DNA of 64,000 bases from the human T2T-CHM13v2.0 reference genome, Homo sapiens. Shown here piece after piece: positions 52,701-64,000 of the stretch; within the stretch, counting starts at the first letter, position 1, and each line of letters starts with the position of its first letter. The notes under the pieces are model-generated. The model was not told the origin of the DNA, made no database searches, and saw only the letters and a program-made list of their open reading frames with translations. Both the position numbers and the translations under genes were made by a program. The DNA is taken from the NCBI RefSeq assembly GCF_009914755.1, contig NC_060931.1; one strand, written 5' to 3'.

Positions 52701-55700
52701 AGATTTGAAACACTCTTTTTGTGGAGTTTGCAAGTGGAGATTTCAAGCGATTTGATGCCAACAGTAGAAAAGGAAATATCTTCAAATAAAAACTAGACAG
52801 AATCATTCTCAGAAACTACTTTGTGATGTGTGCCTTCAACTCACAGAGTTTAACCTTTCTTTTCTTAGAGCAGTTTAGAAACACTCTGCTTGTTACGTCT
52901 GCAAGTGGATATTTGGACCTCTTTGAGGCCTTCGTTGCAAACGGGGTTTCTTCCTTTCATGCTAGACTAAGAAGAGTTCTCAGTAACTTTTTTGTGTTGT
53001 GTGTATTCAACTCACAGAGTTGAACCTTGCTTTAGAGAGAGCAGATTTGAAACACTCTTGCTGTGGCATTTTCAGGTGGAGATTTCAAGCGATTTGAGGA
53101 CAATTGCAGAAAAGGAAATATCTTCGTATAATAACCAGACAGAATCATTCTCAGAAAGTGCTTTGTGATGTGTGCGTTCAACTCACAGAGTTTAACCTTT
53201 CTTTTCTTAGAGGAGTTTGGAAACACACTGTTTGTAAAGTCTGCAAGTGGATATATGGACCTGTTTGAGGCCTTCGTGGGAAACGGGATTTCTTCATTGA
53301 ATGCTAGACGGAAGAATTCTCAGTAAATTCTTTGTGTTGTGTGCATTCAACTCACAGAGTGGAACGTCCCTTTAGACAGAGCAGATTTGAAACCCTCTTT
53401 TTGCGGAATTTGCAAGTGGAGATTTCTAGCCATTTGATGCCAACAGTAGAAAGGGAAATATCTTCAAATAAAAACCAGACAGAATCATTCTCAGAAAATT
53501 CTTTGTGATGTGTGCGTTCAACTCACATAGTTTAACCTTTCTTTTCATAGAGCATTTTGGAAACACTCTGTTTGTAAAGTCTGCAAGTGGATATATGGAC
53601 CGCATTGAGGCCTTCGTTGGAAACGGGATTTCTTCATTTCATGCTAGACAGAAGAATTCTCAGTAACTTCTTTGTGCTGTGTGTATTCAACTCACAGAGT
53701 GGAACGTCCCTTTGCACAGAGCAGATTTAAAACACTCTTTTTGTGGAATTTGCAAGTGGAGATTTCAAGCGATTTGATGCCAACAGTAGAAAAGGAAATA
53801 TCTTCAAATAAAAACTAGACAGAATCATTCTCAGAAACTACTTTGTGATGTGTGCCTTCAACTCACAGAGTTTAACCTTTCTTTTCTTAGAGCAGTTTAG
53901 AAACACTCTGCTTGTTATGTCTGCAAGTGGATATTTGGACCTCTTTGAGGCCTTCGTTGCAAACGGGGTTTCTTCCTTTCATGCTAGACTAAGAAGAGTT
54001 CTCAGTAACTTTTTTGTGTTGTGTGTATTCAACTCACAGAGTTGAACCTTGCTTTAGAGAGAGCAGATTTGAAACACTCTTGCTGTGGCATTTTCAGGTG
54101 GAGATTTCAAGCGATTTGAGGACAATTGCAGAAAAGGAAATATCTTCGTATAATAACCAGACAGAATCATTCTCAGAAAGTGCTTTGTGATGTGTGCGTT
54201 CAACTCACAGAGTTTAACCTTTCTTTTCATAGAGGAGTTTGGAAACACACTGTTTGTAAAGTCTGCAAGTGGATATATGGACCTGTTTGAGGCCTTCGTT
54301 GGAAACGGGATTTCTTCATTGAATGCTAGACGGAAGAATTCTCAGTAAATTCTTTGTGTTGTGTGCATTCAACTCACAGAGTGGAACGTCCCTTTAGACA
54401 GAGCAGATTTGAAACACTCTTTTTGCGGAATTTGCAAGTGGAGATTTCTAGCCATTTGATGCCAACAGTAGAAAGGGAAATATCTTCAAATAAAAACCAG
54501 ACAGAATCATTCTCAGAAAATTCTTTGTGATGTGTGCGTTCAACTCACATAGTTTAACCTTTCTTTTCATAGAGCAGTTTGGAAACACTCTGTTTGTAAA
54601 GTCTGCAAGTGGATATATGGACCGCATTGAGGCCTTCGTTGGAAACGGGATTTCTTCATTTCATGCTAGACAGAAGAATTCTCAGTAACTTCTTTGTGCT
54701 GTGTGTATTCAACTCACAGAGTGGAACGTCCCTTTGCACAGAGCAGATTTGAAACACTCTTTTTGTGGAGTTTGCAAGTGGAGATTTCAAGCGATTTGAT
54801 GCCAACAGTAGAAAAGGAAATATCTTCAAATAAAAACTAGACAGAATCATTCTCAGAAACTACTTTGTGATGTGTGCCTTCAACTCACAGAGTTTAACCT
54901 TTCTTTTCTTAGAGCAGTTTAGAAACACTCTGCTTGTTATGTCTGCAAGTGGATATTTGGACCTCTTTGAGGCCTTCGTTGCAAACGGGGTTTCTTCCTT
55001 TCATGCTAGACTAAGAAGAGTTCTCAGTAACTTTTTTGTGTTGTGTGTATTCAACTCACAGAGTTGAACCTTGCTTTAGAGAGAGCAGATTTGAAACACT
55101 CTTGCTGTGGCATTTTCAGGTGGAGATTTCAAGCGATTTGAGGACAATTGCAGAAAAGGAAATATCTTCGTATAATAACCAGACAGAATCATTCTCAGAA
55201 AGTGCTTTGTGATGTGTGCGTTCAACTCACAGAGTTTAACCTTTCTTTTCATAGAGGAGTTTGGAAACACACTGTTTGTAAAGTCTGCAAGTGGATATAT
55301 GGACCTGTTTGAGGCCTTCGTTGGAAACGGGATTTCTTCATTGAATGCTAGACGGAAGAATTCTCAGTAAATTCTTTGTGTTGTGTGCATTCAACTCACA
55401 GAGTGGAACGTCCCTTTAGACAGAGCAGATTTGAAACACTCTTTTTGCGGAATTTGCAAGTGGAGATTTCTAGCCATTTGATGCCAACAGTAGAAAGGGA
55501 AATATCTTCAAATAAAAACCAGACAGAATCATTCTCAGAAAATTCTTTGTGATGTGTGCGTTCAACTCACATAGTTTAACCTTTCTTTTCATAGAGCAGT
55601 TTGGAAACACTCTGTTTGTAAAGTCTGCAAGTGGATATATGGACCGCATTGAGGCCTTCGTTGGAAACGGGATTTCTTCATTTCATGCTAGACAGAAGAA

Positions 55701-58700
55701 TTCTCAGTAACTTCTTTGTGCTGTGTGTATTCAACTCACAGAGTGGAACGTCCCTTTGCACAGAGCAGATTTGAAACACTCTTTTTGTGGAGTTTGCAAG
55801 TGGAGATTTCAAGCGATTTGATGCCAACAGTAGAAAAGGAAATATCTTCAAATAAAAACTAGACAGAATCATTCTCAGAAACTACTTTGTGATGTGTGCC
55901 TTCAACTCACAGAGTTTAACCTTTCTTTTCTTAGAGCAGTTTAGAAACACTCTGCTTGTTATGTCTGCAAGTGGATATTTGGACCTCTTTGAGGCCTTCG
56001 TTGCAAACGGGGTTTCTTCCTTTCATGCTAGACTAAGAAGAGTTCTCAGTAACTTTTTTGTGTTGTGTGTATTCAACTCACAGAGTTGAACCTTGCTTTA
56101 GAGAGAGCAGATTTGAAACACTCTTGCTGTGGCATTTTCAGGTGGAGATTTCAAGCGATTTGAGGACAATTGCAGAAAAGGAAATATCTTCGTATAATAA
56201 CCAGACAGAATCATTCTCAGAAAGTGCTTTGTGATGTGTGCGTTCAACTCACAGAGTTTAACCTTTCTTTTCTTAGAGGAGTTTGGAAACACACTGTTTG
56301 TAAAGTCTGCAAGTGGATATATGGACCTGTTTGAGGCCTTCGTGGGAAACGGGATTTCTTCATTGAATGCTAGACGGAAGAATTCTCAGTAAATTCTTTG
56401 TGTTGTGTGCATTCAACTCACAGAGTGGAACGTCCCTTTAGACAGAGCAGATTTGAAACCCTCTTTTTGCGGAATTTGCAAGTGGAGATTTCTAGCCATT
56501 TGATGCCAACAGTAGAAAGGGAAATATCTTCAAATAAAAACCAGACAGAATCATTCTCAGAAAATTCTTTGTGATGTGTGCGTTCAACTCACATAGTTTA
56601 ACCTTTCTTTTCATAGAGCAGTTTGGAAACACTCTGTTTGTAAAGTCTGCAAGTGGATATATGGACCGCATTGAGGCCTTCGTTGGAAACGGGATTTCTT
56701 CATTTCATGCTAGACAGAAGAATTCTCAGTAACTTCTTTGTGCTGTGTGTATTCAACTCACAGAGTGGAACGTCCCTTTGCACAGAGCAGATTTAAAACA
56801 CTCTTTTTGTGGAATTTGCAAGTGGAGATTTCAAGCGATTTGATGCCAACAGTAGAAAAGGAAATATCTTCAAATAAAAACTAGACAGAATCATTCTCAG
56901 AAACTACTTTGTGATGTGTGCCTTCAACTCACAGAGTTTAACCTTTCTTTTCTTAGAGCAGTTTAGAAACACTCTGCTTGTTATGTCTGCAAGTGGATAT
57001 TTGGACCTCTTTGAGGCCTTCGTTGCAAACGGGGTTTCTTCCTTTCATGCTAGACTAAGAAGAGTTCTCAGTAACTTTTTTGTGTTGTGTGTATTCAACT
57101 CACAGAGTTGAACCTTGCTTTAGAGAGAGCAGATTTGAAACACTCTTGCTGTGGCATTTTCAGGTGGAGATTTCAAGCGATTTGAGGACAATTGCAGAAA
57201 AGGAAATATCTTCGTATAATAACCAGACAGAATCATTCTCAGAAAGTGCTTTGTGATGTGTGCGTTCAACTCACAGAGTTTAACCTTTCTTTTCATAGAG
57301 GAGTTTGGAAACACACTGTTTGTAAAGTCTGCAAGTGGATATATGGACCTGTTTGAGGCCTTCGTTGGAAACGGGATTTCTTCATTGAATGCTAGACGGA
57401 AGAATTCTCAGTAAATTCTTTGTGTTGTGTGCATTCAACTCACAGAGTGGAACGTCCCTTTAGACAGAGCAGATTTGAAACACTCTTTTTGCGGAATTTG
57501 CAAGTGGAGATTTCTAGCCATTTGATGCCAACAGTAGAAAGGGAAATATCTTCAAATAAAAACCAGACAGAATCATTCTCAGAAAATTCTTTGTGATGTG
57601 TGCGTTCAACTCACATAGTTTAACCTTTCTTTTCATAGAGCAGTTTGGAAACACTCTGTTTGTAAAGTCTGCAAGTGGATATATGGACCGCATTGAGGCC
57701 TTCATTGGAAACGGGATTTCTTCATTTCATGCTAGACAGAAGAATTCTCAGTAACTTCTTTGTGCTGTGTGTATTCAACTCACAGAGTGGAACGTCCCTT
57801 TGCACAGAGCAGATTTGAAACACTCTTTTTGTGGAGTTTGCAAGTGGAGATTTCAAGCGATTTGATGCCAACAGTAGAAAAGGAAATATCTTCAAATAAA
57901 AACTAGACAGAATCATTCTCAGAAACTACTTTGTGATGTGTGCCTTCAACTCACAGAGTTTAACCTTTCTTTTCTTAGAGCAGTTTAGAAACACTCTGCT
58001 TGTTATGTCTGCAAGTGGATATTTGGACCTCTTTGAGGCCTTCGTTGCAAACGGGGTTTCTTCCTTTCATGCTAGACTAAGAAGAGTTCTCAGTAACTTT
58101 CTTGTGTTGTGTGTATTCAACTCACAGAGTTGAACCTTGCTTTAGAGAGAGCAGATTTGAAACACTCTTGCTGTGGCATTTTCAGGTGGAGATTTCAAGC
58201 GATTTGAGGACAATTGCAGAAAAGGAAATATCTTCGTATAATAACCAGACAGAATCATTCTCAGAAAGTGCTTTGTGATGTGTGCGTTCAACTCACAGAG
58301 TTTAACCTTTCTTTTCATAGAGGAGTTTGGAAACACACTGTTTGTAAAGTCTGCAATTGGATATATGGACCTGTTTGAGGCTTTCGTTGGAAACGGGATT
58401 TCTTCATTGAATGCTAGACGGAAGAATTCTCAGTAAATTCTTTGTGTTGTGTGCATTCACCTCACAGAGTGGAACGTCCCTTTAGACAGAGCAGATTTGA
58501 AACCCTCTTTTTGCGGAATTTGCAAGTGGAGATTTCTAGCCATTTGATGCCAACAGTAGAAAGGGAAATATCTTCAAATAAAAACCAGACAGAATCATTC
58601 TCAGGAAATTCTTTGTGATGTGTGCGTTCAACTCACATAGTTTAACCTTTCTTTTCATAGAGCAGTTTGGAAACACTCTGTTTGTAAAGTCTGCAAGTGG

Positions 58701-61700
58701 ATATATGGACCGCATTGAGGCCTTCGTTGGAAACGGGATTTCTTCATTTCATGCTAGACAGAAGAATTCTCAGTAACTTCTTTGTGCTGTGTGTATTCAA
58801 CTCACAGAGTGGAACGTCCCTTTACACAGAGCAGATTTGAAACACTCTTTTTGTGGAGTTTGCAAGTGGAGATTTCAAGCGATTTGATGCCAACAGTAGA
58901 AAAGGAAATATCTTCAAATAAAAACTAGACAGAATCATTCTCAGAAACTACTTTGTGATGTGTGCCTTCAACTCACAGAGTTTAACCTTTCTTTTCTTAG
59001 AGCAGTTTAGAAACACTCTGCTTGTTATGTCTGCAAGTGGATATTTGGACCTCTTTGAGGCCTTCGTTGCAAACGGGGTTTCTTCCTTTCATGCTAGACT
59101 AAGAAGAGTTCTCAGTAACTTTTTTGTGTTGTGTGTATTCAACTCACAGAGTTGAACCTTGCTTTAGAGAGAGCAGATTTGAAACACTCTTGCTGTGGCA
59201 TTTTCAGGTGGAGATTTCAAGCGATTTGAGGACAATTGCAGAAAAGGAAATATCTTCGTATAATAACCAGACAGAATCATTCTCAGAAAGTGCTTTGTGA
59301 TGTGTGCGTTCAACTCACAGAGTTTAACCTTTCTTTTCATAGAGGAGTTTGGAAACACACTGTTTGTAAAGTCTGCAAGTGGAAATATGGACCTGTTTGA
59401 GGCCTTCGTTGGAAACGGGATTTCTTCATTGAATGCTAGACGGAAGAATTCTCAGTAAATTCTTTGTGTTGTGTGCATTCAACTCACAGAGTGGAACGTC
59501 TCTTTAGACAGAGCAGATTTGAAACACTCTTTTTGCGGAATTTGCAAGTGGAGATTTCTAGCCATTTGATGCCAACAGTAGAAAGGGAAATATCTTCAAA
59601 TAAAAACCAGACAGAATCATTCTCAGAAAATTCTTTGTGATGTGTGCGTTCAACTCACATAGTTTAACCTTTCTTTTCATAGAGCAGTTTGGAAACACTC
59701 TGTTTGTAAAGTCTGCAAGTGGATATATGGACCGCATTGAGGCCTTCGTTGGAAACGGGATTTCTTCATTTCATGCTAGACAGAAGAATTCTCAGTAACT
59801 TCTTTGTGCTGTGTGTATTCAACTCACAGAGTGGAACGTCCCTTTACACAGAGCAGATTTGAAACACTCTTTTTGTGGAGTTTGCAAGTGGAGATTTCAA
59901 GCGATTTGATGCCAACAGTAGAAAAGGAAATATCTTCAAATAAAAACTAGACAGAATCATTCTCAGAAACTACTTTGTGATGTGTGCCTTCAACTCACAG
60001 AGTTTAACCTTTCTTTTCTTAGAGCAGTTTAGAAACACTCTGCTTGTTATGTCTGCAAGTGGATATTTGGACCTCTTTGAGGCCTTCGTTGCAAACGGGG
60101 TTTCTTCCTTTCATGCTAGACTAAGAAGAGTTCTCAGTAACTTTCTTGTGTTGTGTGTATTCAACTCACAGAGTTGAACCTTGCTTTAGAGAGAGCAGAT
60201 TTGAAACACTCTTGCTGTGGCATTTTCAGGTGGAGATTTCAAGCGATTTGAGGACAATTGCAGAAAAGGAAATATCTTCGTATAATAACCAGACAGAATC
60301 ATTCTCAGAAAGTGCTTTGTGATGTGTGCGTTCAACTCACAGAGTTTAACCTTTCTTTTCATAGAGGAGTTTGGAAACACACTGTTTGTAAAGTCTGCAA
60401 TTGGATATATGGACCTGTTTGAGGCTTTCGTTGGAAACGGGATTTCTTCATTGAATGCTAGACGGAAGAATTCTCAGTAAATTCTTTGTGTTGTGTGCAT
60501 TCAACTCACAGAGTGGAACGTCCCTTTAGACAGAGCAGATTTGAAACCCTCTTTTTGCGGAATTTGCAAGTGGAGATTTCTAGCCATTTGATGCCAACAG
60601 TAGAAAGGGAAATATCTTCAAATAAAAACCAGACAGAATCATTCTCAGGAAATTCTTTGTGATGTGTGCGTTCAACTCACATAGTTTAACCTTTCTTTTC
60701 ATAGAGCAGTTTGGAAACACTCTGTTTGTAAAGTCTGCAAGTGGATATATGGACCGCATTGAGGCCTTCGTTGGAAACGGGATTTCTTCATTTCATGCTA
60801 GACAGAAGAATTCTCAGTAACTTCTTTGTGCTGTGTGTATTCAACTCACAGAGTGGAACGTCCCTTTACACAGAGCAGATTTGAAACACTCTTTTTGTGG
60901 AGTTTGCAAGTGGAGATTTCAAGCGATTTGATGCCAACAGTAGAAAAGGAAATATCTTCAAATAAAAACTAGACAGAATCATTCTCAGAAACTACTTTGT
61001 GATGTGTGCCTTCAACTCACAGAGTTTAACCTTTCTTTTCTTAGAGCAGTTTAGAAACACTCTGCTTGTTATGTCTGCAAGTGGATATTTGGACCTCTTT
61101 GAGGCCTTCGTTGCAAACGGGGTTTCTTCCTTTCATGCTAGACTAAGAAGAGTTCTCAGTAACTTTCTTGTGTTGTGTGTATTCAACTCACAGAGTTGAA
61201 CCTTGCTTTAGAGAGAGCAGATTTGAAACACTCTTGCTGTGGCATTTTCAGGTGGAGATTTCAAGCGATTTGAGGACAATTGCAGAAAAGGAAATATCTT
61301 CGTATAATAACCAGACAGAATCATTCTCAGAAAGTGCTTTGTGATGTGTGCGTTCAACTCACAGAGTTTAACCTTTCTTTTCATAGAGGAGTTTGGAAAC
61401 ACACTGTTTGTAAAGTCTGCAATTGGATATATGGACCTGTTTGAGGCTTTCGTTGGAAACGGGATTTCTTCATTGAATGCTAGACGGAAGAATTCTCAGT
61501 AAATTCTTTGTGTTGTGTGCATTCAACTCACAGAGTGGAACGTCCCTTTAGACAGAGCAGATTTGAAACCCTCTTTTTGCGGAATTTGCAAGTGGAGATT
61601 TCTAGCCATTTGATGCCAACAGTAGAAAGGGAAATATCTTCAAATAAAAACCAGACAGAATCATTCTCAGGAAATTCTTTGTGATGTGTGCGTTCAACTC

Positions 61701-63362
61701 ACATAGTTTAACCTTTCTTTTCATAGAGCAGTTTGGAAACACTCTGTTTGTAAAGTCTGCAAGTGGATATATGGACCGCATTGAGGCCTTCGTTGGAAAC
61801 GGGATTTCTTCATTTCATGCTAGACAGAAGAATTCTCAGTAACTTCTTTGTGCTGTGTGTATTCAACTCACAGAGTGGAACGTCCCTTTACACAGAGCAG
61901 ATTTGAAACACTCTTTTTGTGGAGTTTGCAAGTGGAGATTTCAAGCGATTTGATGCCAACAGTAGAAAAGGAAATATCTTCAAATAAAAACTAGACAGAA
62001 TCATTCTCAGAAACTACTTTGTGATGTGTGCCTTCAACTCACAGAGTTCAACCTTTCTTTTCTTAGAGCAGTTTAGAAACACTCTGCTTGTTATGTCTGC
62101 AAGTGGATATTTGGACCTCTTTGAGGCCTTCGTTGCAAACGGGGTTTCTTCCTTTCATGCTAGACTAAGAAGAGTTCTCAGTAACTTTTTTGTGTTGTGT
62201 GTATTCAACTCACAGAGTTGAACCTTGCTTTAGAGAGAGCAGATTTGAAACACTCTTGCTGTGGCATTTTCAGGTGGAGATTTCAAGCGATTTGAGGACA
62301 ATTGCAGAAAAGGAAATATCTTCGTATAATAACCAGACAGAATCATTCTCAGAAAGTGCTTTGTGACGTGTGCGTTCAACTCACAGAGTTTAACCTTTCT
62401 TTTCATAGAGGAGTTTGGAAACACACTGTTTGTAAAGTCTGCAAGTGGATATATGGACCTGTTTGAGGCCTTCGTTGGAAACGGGATTTCTTCATTGAAT
62501 GCTAGACGGAAGAATTCTCAGTAAATTCTTTGTGTTGTGTGCATTCAACTCACAGAGTGGAACGTCCCTTTAGACAGAGCAGATTTGAAACACTCTTTTT
62601 GCGGAATTTGCAAGTGGAGATTTCTAGCCATTTGATGCCAACAGTAGAAAGGGAAATATCTTCAAATAAAAACCAGACAGAATCATTCTCAGAAAATTCT
62701 TTGTGATGTGTGCGTTCAACTCACATAGTTTAACCTTTCTTTTCATAGAGCAGTTTGGAAACACTCTGTTTGTAAAGTCTGCAAGTGGATATATGGACCG
62801 CATTGAGGCCTTCGTTGGAAACGGGATTTCTTCATTTCATGCTAGACAGAAGAATTCTCAGTAACTTCTTTGTGCTGTGTGTATTCAACTCACAGAGTGG
62901 AACGTCCCTTTGCACAGAGCAGATTTGAAACACTCTTTTTGTGGAATTTGCAAGTGGAGATTTCAAGCGATTTGATGCCAACAGTAGAAAAGGAAATATC
63001 TTCAAATAAAAACTAGACAGAATCATTCTCAGAAACTACTTTGTGATGTGTGCCTTCAACTCACAGAGTTTAACCTTTCTTTTCTTAGAGCAGTTTAGAA
63101 ACACTCTGCTTGTTATGTCTGCAAGTGGATATTTGGACCTCTTTGAGGCCTTCGTTGCAAACGGGGTTTCTTCCTTTCATGCTAGACTAAGAAGAGTTCT
63201 CAGTAACTTTTTTGTGTTGTGTGTATTCAACTCACAGAGTTGAACCTTGCTTTAGAGAGAGCAGATTTGAAACACTCTTGCTGTGGCATTTTCAGGTGGA
63301 GATTTCAAGCGATTTGAGGACAATTGCAGAAAAGGAAATATCTTCGTATAATAACCAGACAG

Positions 63363-64000
63363 AATCATTCTCAGAAAGTGCTTTGTGATGTGTGCGTTCA
63401 ACTCACAGAGTTTAACCTTTCTTTTCATAGAGGAGTTTGGAAACACACTGTTTGTAAAGTCTGCAAGTGGAAATATGGACCTGTTTGAGGCCTTCGTTGG
63501 AAACGGGATTTCTTCATTGAATGCTAGACGGAAGAATTCTCAGTAAATTCTTTGTGTTGTGTGCATTCAACTCACAGAGTGGAACGTCTCTTTAGACAGA
63601 GCAGATTTGAAACACTCTTTTTGCGGAATTTGCAAGTGGAGATTTCTAGCCATTTGATGCCAACAGTAGAAAGGGAAATATCTTCAAATAAAAACCAGAC
63701 AGAATCATTCTCAGAAAATTCTTTGTGATGTGTGCGTTCAACTCACATAGTTTAACCTTTCTTTTCATAGAGCAGTTTGGAAACACTCTGTTTGTAAAGT
63801 CTGCAAGTGGATATATGGACCGCATTGAGGCCTTCGTTGGAAACGGGATTTCTTCATTTCATGCTAGACAGAAGAATTCTCAGTAACTTCTTTGTGCTGT
63901 GTGTATTCAACTCACAGAGTGGAACGTCCCTTTACACAGAGCAGATTTGAAACACTCTTTTTGTGGAGTTTGCAAGTGGAGATTTCAAGCGATTTGATGC
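63363..64000 (+). repeat. Partial 63rd HOR truncated by the window edge
   Basis: The unit start motif is at 63363 and the sequence continues in register to the window end. Confidence 0.95.

Larger units (their letters stand above)
1..64000 (+). repeat. D7Z1: Alpha satellite higher-order repeat array, 1022-bp 6-mer HOR, SF1 dimeric type; probably human chromosome 7 D7Z1 (active centromeric array)
   Basis: The unit start AATCATTCTCAGAAAGTGCT recurs at 1, 1023, 2045 ... 63363 (period 1022, minus 1 bp twice), and the ORF track repeats with the same period. Monomers are ~170 bp with typical alphoid motifs (CATTCTCAGAAA, TTCAACTCACAGAG, TTTGAAACACTCT) and CENP-B boxes. Alpha satellite identity is essentially certain. 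The D7Z1 call rests on the 6-mer ~1.02-kb unit, the EcoRI 340/682 pattern and motifs AGCGATTTGAGGACAATTGC and GCTGTGGCATTTTCAGGTGG, which I recall as chr7-specific. Confidence 0.9.

Noticed and set aside
492-63446. Roughly 180 short ORFs (63-90 aa) in three recurring families on both strands
   Set aside because: They are chance open frames of alpha satellite repeating with the 1022-bp period. They appear and vanish with single SNPs, often use non-ATG starts, and resemble no protein family I recognise. They are useful only as variant reporters.
1-64000. CRISPR-like array or other repeat-spacer system
   Set aside because: There are no unique spacers, the entire unit repeats, and there are no cas or other genes.
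1-64000. Assignment to the other SF1 6-mer array, D1Z7/D5Z2/D19Z3
   Set aside because: Motifs I recall for that array (e.g. TTCATTCAGCGGTTTGG, GACCACTTAGAGG) are not seen, while motifs I recall for chr7 are present. An alignment would settle it.
1-64000. Hidden insertion, L1/Alu element, inversion or monomer-number variant HOR
   Set aside because: The register is conserved end to end: 1 + 62x1022 - 2 = 63363 matches the last unit start, and each ORF step is 1022 or 1021, leaving no room for any.
1-64000. A coded message or strict global super-period in the variant pattern
   Set aside because: Lags vary locally (1, 2, 3, 4, 5 HORs) and are explained by ordinary tandem duplication and conversion. 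No window-wide super-period was seen.

Overview
The whole 64-kb window is one uninterrupted, single-orientation array of primate (almost certainly human) centromeric alpha satellite. It is a 1022-bp six-monomer higher-order repeat (HOR) built from three ~340-bp dimers, the suprachromosomal family 1 pattern with a CENP-B box in every second monomer. There are 62 complete HORs plus 638 bp of a 63rd. The HOR length, the 340+682 bp EcoRI pattern and sequence motifs I recall point to the chromosome 7 active array D7Z1 (S1C7H1L); this assignment is from memory and needs an alignment. I found no genes, transposons, inversions or monomer-number variants, and all listed ORFs are by-products of the repeat. 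I see no new biological system. What is informative is the pattern of HOR variants: two identical 1-bp deletions, three broken CENP-B boxes, a tri-allelic site, regional haplotype domains, and shared-variant blocks recurring at 1-, 2-, 3-, 4- and 5-HOR spacing. These record recent local duplication or conversion. Variants were read by eye, aided by the ORF track, so the lists may be incomplete.
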